A DNA stretch of 23,868 bases. Origin: Fonticula alba ATCC 38817. Its lineage: Eukaryota; Protista; Nucleariida. The stretch lies in NCBI GenBank assembly GCA_000388065.2, contig KB932202.1. One strand, given 5' to 3'. The position numbers and the translations under genes were made by a program. How positions within the stretch are numbered: the stretch's first letter is position 1; each line of letters starts with the position of its first letter. A model generated the notes under the pieces. The model saw only the letters and a list, made by a program, of their open reading frames with translations. It searched no databases and was not told where the DNA came from. Shown here one piece after another: positions 12,563 to 23,500 of the stretch.

Positions 12563-13056
12563 NNNNNNNNNNNNNNNNNNNNNNNNNNNNNNNNNNNNNN
12601 NNNNNNNNNNNNNNNNNNNNNNNNNNNNNNNNNNNNNNNNNNNNNNNNNNNNNNNNNNNNNNNNNNNNNNNNNNNNNNNNNNNNNNNNNNNNNNNNNNNN
12701 NNNNNNNNNNNNNNNNNNNNNNNNNNNNNNNNNNNNNNNNNNNNNNNNNNNNNNNNNNNNNNNNNNNNNNNNNNNNNNNNNNNNNNNNNNNNNNNNNNNN
12801 NNNNNNNNNNNNNNNNNNNNNNNNNNNNNNNNNNNNNNNNNNNNNNNNNNNNNNNNNNNNNNNNNNNNNNNNNNNNNNNNNNNNNNNNNNNNNNNNNNNN
12901 NNNNNNNNNNNNNNNNNNNNNNNNNNNNNNNNNNNNNNNNNNNNNNNNNNNNNNNNNNNNNNNNNNNNNNNNNNNNNNNNNNNNNNNNNNNNNNNNNNNN
13001 NNNNNNNNNNNNNNNNNNNNNNNNNNNNNNNNNNNNNNNNNNNNNNNNNNNNNNNN
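12563..13056. other. Assembly gap (494 N)
   Basis: Run of N. Confidence 1.
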
Positions 13057-13067
13057 GCACTCGCACC

Positions 13068-14804
13068 ATGGGCGCCTCCATTCTGCCATACATACCGCAC
13101 CTGCCGCAGTCCCTGCTGGTCATCTGGATGGTGCCGATGTACTTCCTGGCGCGGGATCGCCTGCGCCGGCAGCCCTGGCTCCGGGGCCTGGCCGAGCACC
13201 TGGACGCGGTGATGGACCGGGTGCCGGCCGTCGGCTCGGCGCTGGAGCGCCTGCTGGCGGTGCACTTCCTCCGGGGCGCCCGGTCGGCGCTTCCGCTGGC
13301 CGGGGAGGCGCGCATGCCGGCCCCGCCGGCCGGCGCCGGGCCCAACTTCCCGGGGCTCTGGGCCGCGCACGTGGATCGCGTGTGCCGGGCCCAGGTGTGC
13401 CTGCTGCTGGAGCGCGAGGGCCTACTCCAGGATGCCTCGGTGCCGGAGGAGGTGGTGGCGGAGATGGCGGTGCGCACGCACCTGGCCGCGCCGGGGCCCT
13501 TTGCCCTGGCGCCGGGGGTCCCGCCGCTGGGCTGGCCGCCGGCCGCCGGCATCGGGCCCCCCCTGCAGGCGGCCCTGGCGGCCGCCATGCGCGCGCACTT
13601 CGAGCGGCAAATCCACGCGGCCGCCGCGGCCGGCCGGGCCCGGGGCCACTCGCGCCTGGGCGGCTTCACCTGTGTGCCCTTTGACCGGGGGAATCCGGCG
13701 CATGGGGCCCTGCTGTCGGAGTGCCTGTGGCCGGCGCTCTTCCGAGCCGGGTGCTCCGGGCCCGGGGGCCCGGCCGACCTGGGCCCCGGCGGGCCTGGCG
13801 CCGCCCCGGTGCCGGCCATCGACCCGCACTCGGACCCCCTGTGGGCCGAGGTGGCCGGCTTCCAGGGCCCGGCCCCCTGGAGCGACCTGCGCAGCGTCGG
13901 CATCACCGGGCCCCTGCACCTGGCGGCCTTCGCCCGGGCCTTCCCCTCCCTGGCCGGGTACATGATGCACCTGTCGGTGGGCGGGGCGCCGCTGGAGGCC
14001 GGGGGCCCGCCGTCGGTGCCATCGCCGCTGGCCGGGCGCCTCTCCCGGGCGGCGGCGGCGGCGGCGGCGGCCGGGCCCGGGGCCGACCCCGGGCCCCCGG
14101 AGCCGGCCTCCGACAGCATCCAGTGGTTCCCCTTCGCGGCCTTCGGGGTGAATGTGTCGCGCATGGTGCTGGACCTGCTCTTCCAGCTGGGGCCGCAGGT
14201 TCCGCGGCTGCGGCCGGCGGCCGGCGGCCCGGGCGCCCCGTCGGTCACTGTGGCCTTCGCCGGGGCCACCGAGGCCGAGCTGGCCGCCGGCCGGTCCGTC
14301 AGCCTGGACACCGGGCCCGACCGGGCGTTGGCCGCGCTGGATGGCCTCCACGCCCCGGCCGACGAGCCCGGCCTGGCGGCCACCACCCAGGCCCTTTGTC
14401 GGGATCTGGCGGAGCAGATGCGCCGGGCGCGGGCGCACGCCCGGGCCCCCCCGGGCGCGGGCTCCGGCCCCGGCACCGACACCCCCACCGACCTGGTGCT
14501 GGGGCACCTGCTGCTCGGCCCGGCGCCCCGGCCATCCGGCCAGCCCGATGCCCTGCCCCATGCCGACTGCCTGGCCCTCACGGTGTACTGCCTGCTGATG
14601 CTGGGCTTCGCCGTGGAGTGGGCGGCCGACGCGGCGCGCGGCCGGGCCACGGTCCTCACCTGCTCGGCCATCCTCCGGCGCGCGGCCACCCGCGTGACCC
14701 TCCTGCTGGCGGCCGGCACGCATCCGCTCTTCGAGGCGGCCTACCACCGGGTGGCGGCCACCGCGCCGGCGGCCCTGGCCGGCGTGGACTTCTCCGCGCT
14801 CTAG
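13068..14804 (+). CDS. ELMO/CED-12 domain protein (ELMOD-like, putative ARF/ARL GAP), about 578 aa, apparently single exon; the true start could lie in the upstream gap
   Basis: Motifs VPFDRGNPAHGALL..LW, WAEVAGFQGPAPWSDLRSVG (ELMOD WxxxGFQxxxPxxDF/LRxxG), FPFAAFGVNVSRMVLDLL and VYCLLMLGFAVEW. The ATG has GCACCATGG context and a hydrophobic N-terminus. Stop TAG at 14802-14804. Confidence 0.85.
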   Translation: MGASILPYIPHLPQSLLVIWMVPMYFLARDRLRRQPWLRGLAEHLDAVMDRVPAVGSALERLLAVHFLRGARSALPLAGEARMPAPPAGAGPNFPGLWAAHVDRVCRAQVCLLLEREGLLQDASVPEEVVAEMAVRTHLAAPGPFALAPGVPPLGWPPAAGIGPPLQAALAAAMRAHFERQIHAAAAAGRARGHSRLGGFTCVPFDRGNPAHGALLSECLWPALFRAGCSGPGGPADLGPGGPGAAPVPAIDPHSDPLWAEVAGFQGPAPWSDLRSVGITGPLHLAAFARAFPSLAGYMMHLSVGGAPLEAGGPPSVPSPLAGRLSRAAAAAAAAGPGADPGPPEPASDSIQWFPFAAFGVNVSRMVLDLLFQLGPQVPRLRPAAGGPGAPSVTVAFAGATEAELAAGRSVSLDTGPDRALAALDGLHAPADEPGLAATTQALCRDLAEQMRRARAHARAPPGAGSGPGTDTPTDLVLGHLLLGPAPRPSGQPDALPHADCLALTVYCLLMLGFAVEWAADAARGRATVLTCSAILRRAATRVTLLLAAGTHPLFEAAYHRVAATAPAALAGVDFSAL

Positions 14805-15007
14805 TCTCCTGCCTCTCTCTCTCTCCCTCTCTCCCCCCCCCTCTCTCTCTCTGGTCCATCCCGCCCGGGCGCGTTGTCTGCCATGCGCGGAATGAACAAA
14901 TACACTGGGCCATCCCCCACCCGTCCCTCCTCCCACTCCCCCAGGCCCATGGGTTCTAGGGCAGCCCAGAGCGGTCGGTACATTTGGCAGGCCGGCGGAC
15001 GAGCACG

Positions 15008-18000
15008 CTACAGCCGCGAGTCAGCCACCCCCGGCGATCGGTACATCGAGGCGTGGTGAGCATACTGGTGCCCGGGACGCGAGGAGGCCGGCTGCTGCGC
15101 ATGGCCCGGCGCCGGCACTCGCCCGGTGCCCGAGGCTGGCCCGGCTGGCGTCGGGGCCCCCTCCGCGCGGTGGTGGCGGTGCTGCTGCGGCTGCTGCGGC
15201 TGCGGCTGCTGCGACTGCGGCTGCGGCTGCGGCTGCTGCGGATGGTGGTACTGCAGCAGCATGTCTGAAGAGTAGGAGGAAAGCGGCACGTCCAGCAGGG
15301 GAGCCGTCGTGGCCGCCGGCCGCAGAGGGTCCACAAAGCGGCCGGCCTGGCTGGCTACCCCGCCGAGCGGCGCCGGCTGGTGGCGGGAGTGGTAGCCCCC
15401 CCCGCCGGGGGCGAGGTTCGACGAGAAGGTGGTTGTCAGCAGGGGCTCCGTGGCGCCGCGATCGCCGAGGGCATGCACGGGGCCGCCCGGCCGGCCGGCG
15501 TCCGCGAAGCGCCGCGGCAGCAGGAACCCCGACCGGGCGGGCCCCGGCGAGTCGGCCGCCCCCGCCACCGGCGGCGGCGGCGGCTCCGACAGCAGCGACG
15601 GCGGGTCATTGGCCGCCAGCAGCGACGACGGGTCGTGGCCGGCCAGTCCCGACGCCCGGCGCACCGGGCTGATGACATCCACCAGGGACTTCGGCCCCGG
15701 GGCCGAATGCCCGGCCAGCGGGTCCGCCCCGGCCCCGCCGCCGCCGCCGCCCCCGCCGCCGATGGCCGGACCCCGGTTCAGCAGGGCATTGGCCGGGGCC
15801 GGCAGCGGCAGGCAGGTGGCGTCATAGCGCCGGCGATCGGCCGGGTGCGAGACCACCACTGACGCGTCGGCCGGCCGGGCCGCCGCCAGCGGCAAGCGCC
15901 CGCCGCCGGCCGGCAGCGGCAGCATCGACGCCGAGGAATACCCCGGCACCGGGGCCGGCATCATGTCATCCGGACTGGCCGGGCTCCCGGTGCCCAGGAG
16001 GGACACCAGCCCCGTGCCGGGGCCCTCCGGGGACCCGGGCGGCCCGGCCCCCGGCTCGCCTCCCGGCGGGGACAGCCCCGGCGGCGAGGGCGACGGCGAG
16101 GAGGGCCCCCGAGCCGAGCCGAAGCCCGGCCCCCCATCAAGCCCACTGGCCCCGGCCGACCGGTCCCCGGCAAAGGGGAACGACCGACCGGCGGCCGGGC
16201 CGGCATCGTCGGCCGGCCGCTGGTGCGCCCCGGTGGCGCTGGCCGAGTGGCGCCGCGCGCTGGCCGTCGGCCGCATGGCCGCCACCAGCGGCGTGAAGAC
16301 CGCCGGCGAGGCGTCCCGCGGTGCCGGGCCCCCGGGCCCCGGGCCGACGGTCATCACCAGCCCCCGGTCGGCGGCCAACTGCTGGCCGACCGAGGTCCGC
16401 GGGGTGAAGGGTTCCCCGGGGCCCGGGGCCGGGCTGCCGCCCGTTCGCGGCACCGACGAGCCCCCGCCCTCGGTGGGGGTGTGTGAGCGTGACATCGAGT
16501 GTGACGAGTGCAGTGGCGTGGCCGGCGACCCGGTCAGGTCGATCACCTTGCCGGGGCCCACTGCCGGACGGGGCGCGGACGCCATGCGGGGAGGCAGGAC
16601 AATCGGGAACCGGGGGAGGTGGAGGGGCAGGGAGTGTGCGGGGGAGCAAGGGGGGGGGAGGAGGCGAAGGAACAAGCGGGAGGCGAAGGGGCAGAGAGGG
16701 GGCAAAGGAGCAGGGGGGAGGTGAGGAAGCAGGGGAGAAGCGAGGGGGGAGGCCAAAAAGCAAAAAAAAGAAGGGACGAGGCGAAGGAGCAGGGGTTAGC
16801 CCACCAAGACACAGACAGAGGGCGCAGGGCGCGAGGGGGAGGAAGAGGCACAGAGGGCCGAGGCGCCGGGGAGGGAGAGCCGCCGAGCCAGCGGGACATG
16901 CTCGGCGCACCTGACCGCCCGGCGGGCGTCGACCCTGGCGGGAAGACCGAAATGTCCATGTACGAGGTGGAGGCCGCGAGGGCCGGCTGATGCGACGGGT
17001 GCCCCAGGGCCGAGGGCGCTGCCTCGGCGCCCGGGCTGGCCAGCGCGGCGGCCCGCATGAATGGTCCGTCGGATGGCAGATCCGCAGACCGGCGGGCCGA
17101 GCCCAGCCCCAGGGACTCCAGCGACCCGATCACGGCGGAGGGAGTGGCGGCGGCGGTGGCGGCGGCGGCGGCGGCGGCGGCGGCCGGCGAATGCACCGAC
17201 CCGCCAGCGGGCCCCCCCCCGCCAGCCGCAACTCCATACGGCGACAGCGGGTGCGCGATGGAGGGCCGGCCGGGGGTGCCGTCGGCCGAGCCGCCGGCCG
17301 CCCGCTGGGCCAGCTTCTGCCACTGGCGCTGGGCGTCTTCCAGCTGGGCGGCCGCCTGCTCCTCGCGCTGGAGCAGGGTCTTCTGCTGGTGCTGCTGCCG
17401 GTCGCGCTGCTCGACCAGCCGGGCCTCCAGCAGGGCCAGCTGCTGCTCGCGGGCCTTGAGCTGCTGCTCGGCCGCCTGGACCACGGCCTCGCGCTCCTTC
17501 AGCGCCAGCTCCTTCTGCCGCATGATCTCCTGGAAGGCCAGGAGGTCCTGCTCGCGCGTCACCAGAGCCGTTTCGATTTCCTTGAGTTTGACGTAGCTAC
17601 AGGGGGCGGGAGTTAGCCGGGACACAGGGCAGCCGGCCGAGCCGGGGGCAGGCAAGAAAAAAAAAGAAGGAAGGTTCACAGGCACGGAGAGAGGGAGAGA
17701 GAGAGAGAGAGAGAGGGAGAGAGGGAGGGAGAGGGAGTGCCCTCGGGGGATGGCATGGCGGCCGCACGGGCCCCAAGCGGCCGGGGACTTGACGCACTGC
17801 TTCTGGATGCGCCGCTCCCGGTACACCAGGCGCACCGGGCGGAAGCGCAGGATCTGGTCCGTGGTCGGGCGCTGGTCCTGGTTGCGCTGGAGCATCCACC
17901 GGACCAGGTTGTGCAGATCGGCCGAGTATTGCGCCGCGGCCGGCAGGGCCGGGCACTGCGCCGTCAGGATCTTGGCATTCAGTTGCTTCTGATCGGCCGC

Positions 18001-18986
18001 ATCGAAGGGGGGACTGGCGTGCATCGTGTCAGGCACCGGGTCAAGGGGGGGGGGGGCGAGGAACGGCGGAAAGGGGAAGCAGCAGGCACGGCGCACGAGG
18101 CGCGAGGCACAAAGCGCGAGGCGAAGAAGAGCGGGCAGAAGCCCGACGGGGCCGGGCTCGGGCACGCACACCAGGCTGCACATCTCGAAAAGCAGGCACC
18201 CGAGAGACCAGATGTCGGACTTTTGGTTGTACCCGCTGTGGTCCACCTGCTCCGGGGACATGTAGTACGGCGTGCCGAGGAAGGTCTGCGCCAGGGTGGC
18301 CGACGACTCGAGGGTCCGCGACAGGCCGAAGTCCCCGAGCTTGACCGTCGTGTGGCTGGGGTCCAGGAAGAAAATGTTCCCCGGCTTCAGGTCCCGATGC
18401 AGGATGATGCCATCCTTGTGGGTGTGGCACTCGTGCAGGGCCAGGACGATTTGCGTGAAGATGCGCCAGATGAGATCCTCATCGAGGAAGGTCCTGCGCC
18501 GGGCCCCGGGTCCGATGCCGACCGCCGGCGAGAAGCAAGACAGACCGTCAGTCGGGCGGGGGGACTTGCTCTTCCCTGGGCCTTTGCCTCTTTTGTTGTG
18601 GCACACACACACACACATGGCCCTCAAAGCGAGCGGGCAACGCACCGTTCTTTCCGATATTTCGACAGGAACATCTTCAAGTCGCCGCCCTCGCAGAACT
18701 CCATCAGCACATACAGGCGGCAGTGCTCGCTGTCCAGGATCCGGTCGAAGTAGCGCACGATGTTCGAGTGCCGCAGCGCTCGGAGGATGTTCACCTCGGC
18801 CACCAGCTGCTGCTTCTCCCGCCGGCCCATGTTCTTGTAGTCGATTTCCTTCCAGACCAGCTGCTGGCCGTCGCTCCGCCGGCGGACCTTGACAATCCGC
18901 CCGAAGGACCCGTGGCCGACCTCCTCGATCCGCTCGAACTGGTCCAGCGTGGCCGGCGCGCCGGCGTCCGCCGCGGGGTCAGCCAT
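15008..18986 (-). CDS. NIMA-related Ser/Thr kinase (NEK2/NimA-like), about 1039 aa: N-terminal kinase, coiled coil, long low-complexity tail. Exons 18986-18646, 18493-18170, 18013-17798, 17596-16911, 16560-15008
   Basis: GHGSFG, VWKEIDY...EKQQLVAEVNILRALRHSNIVRY, HRDLKPGN, DFG and GTPYYMSPE (NEK signature). Heptad-like REQDLLAFQEIMRQKELALKERE segment. Exons total 3120 nt in frame with GTGCGY donors. Confidence 0.92.
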
Positions 18987-19576
18987 GCTGCGCTCGGGGG
19001 GCCGGTGGGCAGGGCGGGACACGCGCAGGCAGGAGGCGAGGATGGGGGCAGGGGGGGGGGGAGGGGGCGGAGGGGGGGAGAGGGAGAGCGCGCGCTAGAG
19101 ACCGAGAGAGGCAGGGGGAGCCCGGGGAAAGGAGGCGAAAGAGGGAGGTAGGGGTGGGGCAGGGAGGGTGTGTGCTGCTCCCCGAGCGAGGTGCTTGCGC
19201 TCCGGGGGCGGGCGCTCTTGACTCCCGGCGCATGGAGGCGCACGCGAGGCGCCGGCCCCGGTCACGGCCTGGGATCGCCGCGCCCGCGCGCCTACGCGCA
19301 TCCGTGGGAAGGCAGATGCCGGACCCGCCGCCCCGCCCCCCTTGCGGTGTGGTGCCCGGCGGTGGGGGGATTCCGGACAAGCCGGCAGCAGGTTACCAAG
19401 TCGGGCCGGGCTCGATCGGCCGGTGTCCGGAGTGCCCCGCCGCCCGTTTCCCGGTAGCCGCCGCCGCGCGCGGGCATACCCGAATGCACGGGCCCGCGCG
19501 CAGCGGCCGCCCCGGCAGGGGGCAGGATGGTTACTCTCGACCGTTAGAAAGCGGCGATCCCGGACAACCCCCCCCC

Positions 19577-19996
19577 NNNNNNNNNNNNNNNNNNNNNNNN
19601 NNNNNNNNNNNNNNNNNNNNNNNNNNNNNNNNNNNNNNNNNNNNNNNNNNNNNNNNNNNNNNNNNNNNNNNNNNNNNNNNNNNNNNNNNNNNNNNNNNNN
19701 NNNNNNNNNNNNNNNNNNNNNNNNNNNNNNNNNNNNNNNNNNNNNNNNNNNNNNNNNNNNNNNNNNNNNNNNNNNNNNNNNNNNNNNNNNNNNNNNNNNN
19801 NNNNNNNNNNNNNNNNNNNNNNNNNNNNNNNNNNNNNNNNNNNNNNNNNNNNNNNNNNNNNNNNNNNNNNNNNNNNNNNNNNNNNNNNNNNNNNNNNNNN
19901 NNNNNNNNNNNNNNNNNNNNNNNNNNNNNNNNNNNNNNNNNNNNNNNNNNNNNNNNNNNNNNNNNNNNNNNNNNNNNNNNNNNNNNNNNNNNNNNN
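19577..19996. other. Assembly gap (420 N)
   Basis: Run of N. Confidence 1.
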
Positions 19997-20106
19997 GCCT
20001 GCCCCCCCTGGGTCGGTTGGGCGGGGGACGATGGCAAGTGTGCCCCCAAGCCACCCCGGGCACCCGGGGAAGCTGCTCGCGCGCGCGCGCGTACGTGCGT
20101 GTGTTT

Positions 20107-20107
20107 G

Positions 20108-20142
<35 letters not shown>
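20107..20142. repeat. (GTGC)9 microsatellite, intergenic
   Basis: Read directly from the sequence. Confidence 0.9.
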
Positions 20143-20594
20143 TGCGGCGGCACACGACCGCGCCGCCCCCGGGGCCGACAGGGGGGAGAGACCACCGCCG
20201 CCTTGCGCGCGTTTGGCGATTCCAGAAGGGACGCGCCGGCGGGCGGGCGGCGCGCGCGGCCGGTGGCGTTACTCCGGCGGCGGCCCAAGAGGGAGGGGCG
20301 CGGGGCGAGCGCGGCGGGGAGCAAATTTAAATAAGTATAACGTGCAGCTGCGTTGGCGCATCGCGTGATCAGCGCGCGACCGGGCGGCTGGCCGCGCTCC
20401 GCCGCCCGGACGGCCTATCGCCCGTTCTTGGGGGCGGATTAATGGCCTTAACTGGACGGCACCGGCACGGGGGAGCACGCCCACAGCAAGGAGGGGGGGG
20501 CGGGGGGCGCGGAGCAGCACTTGCACGGAGGGGCACGCGAGGAACATGTGTGAGCAGTGTGTATATTGCGCGCGGGCGGCGGCCATCGCCCCCT

Positions 20595-23500
20595 TCAGGG
20601 GCAGATGCCGCGGAAGCCGATGGGCGGCGGGGGCGGCACATGGACCGGGCGCTGGAGGTAGTGCACCGGCTGCCCGGGGCCGCCGCCGCCGGTGCGGCGT
20701 AGCCGCTCGGACTGCTCCAGCGACAGGGGCCGGATGCTCATGGAGAGGGCTTCCCCGAAGGACCCGCCGGCCCCGGCGGCGGCGGAGGAGGAGGAGGAGG
20801 AGGAAGACGAGGAGGCGGCGGAGGACGGGGGCTGGGGGTAGTCGGAGCCGAGGCGAGCCCCGGACGGGGGACCCCCGCCGCCGGAACTGCTCGAGTGGAG
20901 GTGGCCCCGGCCCGGCATCAGCGGCGTGGTGGGGGTGGTGGTGCCGCCGGCCCCGGCCACCAGTGACGAGGATGCGCCCGCGGGCGGGGCGGCGGCCGGC
21001 GCCCGGCCCAAGTGCAACGACGGGTCCAGCAGGCGCGCGGCCGCCGGCGGCGGCATCGGCCCGGCGGCCACGCACCGGCGCATGGTCAGCAGCTGGTCGG
21101 AGAAGTCCTGATCCCGGCCGCCGGCCCCCAGCGGCAGGGCCGAGCTGCTGGGCAGGGCGCCCTCCTGCTCCGGGTCATAGGGCCGGATGTGGCTGAGCAG
21201 GTGCCGCGCCAGCAGCCAATCATACATGAGCACCAGCTGGAACAGGCGCCGGACCGGCGGGACCAGGGCCGCCAGCGAGTACACCCGGCCCTTGAGCCCG
21301 GACCGGGAGACCTCCTGCTCCAGGAGGAAGAGCGCCAGATGGTCGATGGTCGAGGTGTCCCCCGGGGCCGAGAGGCTGACCAGGGCCGACAGCTCGGCCC
21401 CCAGGCAGGCCAGGGTCTGGGTGATGTCCACCCGCGACCAGAGGGTCGGCTGGGCTTCCTGGCCGGTGGGCGCGCGCGGCGGCGTCGGCAGGACCAAGTT
21501 CAACTCCTGGAAGAAGGCCGCCAGCATGGCCCGGCAGGAGGGGGCCCCGGGCCCGGCCCCGGGCCCGGCCCCGGCGAACCCGGTGATGTCCAGTTGCCCG
21601 GTGGTTTGGCACTCGGTGCAGCCGGGGGCCACCGTGGTGGCCGGGCCGTCCCCCGGCGCCGGGCCCGGGTCCGGGTACAGGGAGGCCACATCGTCCGCGC
21701 ACTGGCAATCCACAAAGTCACTCATGTCCACATCGAACAGCAGCAGCTTGATGATGGACAGGTAGCCGGAGATGTTGGGGATGGCATTGAGCGGCTGCTG
21801 GTGTGGCTGGGCCGGGGCCGGGGCCGGGGCCGGGGCCGCGTCGGCGTCGGCCCCGGTCCCGGTCCCGGGCGGCCGGGCAAAGGTCGAAGACCGGGAGGAG
21901 GCGGAAGAGGCGGAGGCCGCCACCGCCGATGCCGGCAGGATCAGCGGCACCGGCGACTGGCGCAGCTTCCCCAGCAGGGCGCTCACGGCAAAGTGCAGCG
22001 GCGTCTGGCCGAGGACCGCGTCCCGCGACCGGATCCGCGCCCCGTAGTTGACCAGCAGCTGGGACGTCTCGTAGTCGCCGTGTGCGCAGGACAGCGACAG
22101 CTCCGACCGGCGGGGGTAGGCCGACGGCTGGCCGGAGGAGCCGCCCCCGGGGCTGGGGGCCACGATCGACAGGGGGTTGAAAAAGGCGTCGGCAATGTCG
22201 AGCGTGGCGCCGTTCCGCAGGAGGAGCTGCCCCGGCCGGGGGTGGGGTGGGAGGGGGGGACGCCGGGAGAAGGAGCGAAGGAGAGCAGGGCACATGCATG
22301 CGTTAGGGGGGCCTTCGCCAGGGCGGGAGGCAAGGAAGCTCCGGCCGGGGGGGGGGGGGGGGGGGGGGGCGGCAGAAGACCCGGGCCGGGAAGGGCGTAC
22401 CAGGACACAGGCCCGCCGGCTGCCATGGTAGCATGCGTCGTAGAGGGGCGTGCGCAGGACGTGCCCGGTCCGGGCGATCTCCGCCTCGGACAGGGCCGAC
22501 GGGGTGAGCCCCAGGCCGTCCGGGCTGGCGCCCAGGTGCAGCAGCACCGCCAGCGACTGGGGCCGGTTGGCTCGCACCGCCAGGTGCAGGGCCGTGTGTC
22601 GGCGGAGGTTGGCGAAGTCGACATGCGCTCCGCCTGGTGGAGGGGAGGGGGGGGGGCGGGGGAATCCAGGGGTGTCAGCGGTGGAAGGGGGCCCCCGGCG
22701 GACATGGGTGTATGTGTGCGGGGCGTGCGGGCAGGCGGACGGGCGCACCCTCGAGCACCAGTAGCCGGATCAGATCCACGGCGTCCAGCATGGCGGCCAT
22801 CGACAGGGGCGAGTGGTCATCATACTGCAGGGCCTCATCGATGTCCTCGACCTCGTCGCCGAAGGCGTCGAAGCACGCGCGCGGTGGCGCCGGGCGCGCG
22901 TCGCCCCCGAGCGAGGACTCCAGGAAGTTCGGGTCCAGGCCGTTGCGCAGGAGGCGCCGGATGTTGTTGACTGGGGCGAGGGCGGGGGCGGGGGCGGGGG
23001 GGGGGGGTACGACATGTCAGCCGGGCGGGCCTTGCATTTCTCCTCCGGCCCCGATCGGAGGGCGCGCCCGCGCCCACGCCGGCCGGATCGGCACGCGCCA
23101 GCACGGGGGCCTGGCAGCCAGGGGCCGAGGCAGCAAGTCGAGAGGAGCGGGGTGGAGGCGAAGCAGGGGGGGGGGGGAAGGGAGAGAGAGAGAGAGAGAG
23201 GGGGGGGGAGAGCCACGCACGCGAGGGCTCCCCCTTGCGGATGAGCTGCATCAGCAGGACACGCTTGTCCCGGCTGTTGGCCTTGAGCAGGGAGCGCTCG
23301 GCGCTCGAGGCCCCGGGCGGCCGGTAGGACTCCATGGACTGGATGTCGAAGCGGGGGATGTCCGGCATGGTCACCGGGGCCGCATGGAACCCGGGGATCT
23401 TCGGCGGGGTCCGGGTCATGGGCACCAGGTAGAGCGTGGTGCCGGCCGGGAACTCGTAGTCCAGCAGGGCCACCCGGTCGTCCAGGAAGCCGGCCTCCTC

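Noticed and set aside
8624-13370. ORFs that cross runs of X
   Set aside because: Artefacts of translating N gaps.
19330-19576. Possible tRNA or structured ncRNA upstream of the NEK gene
   Set aside because: No cloverleaf, no TTCGA T-loop with correct spacing, and no recognisable snRNA motif. The region is truncated by a gap.
20107-20142. (GTGC)9 array as a cluster of GTGCGT splice donors or a CRISPR-like repeat
   Set aside because: It is a simple intergenic microsatellite with no spacers and no associated exon, and the genome is eukaryotic.
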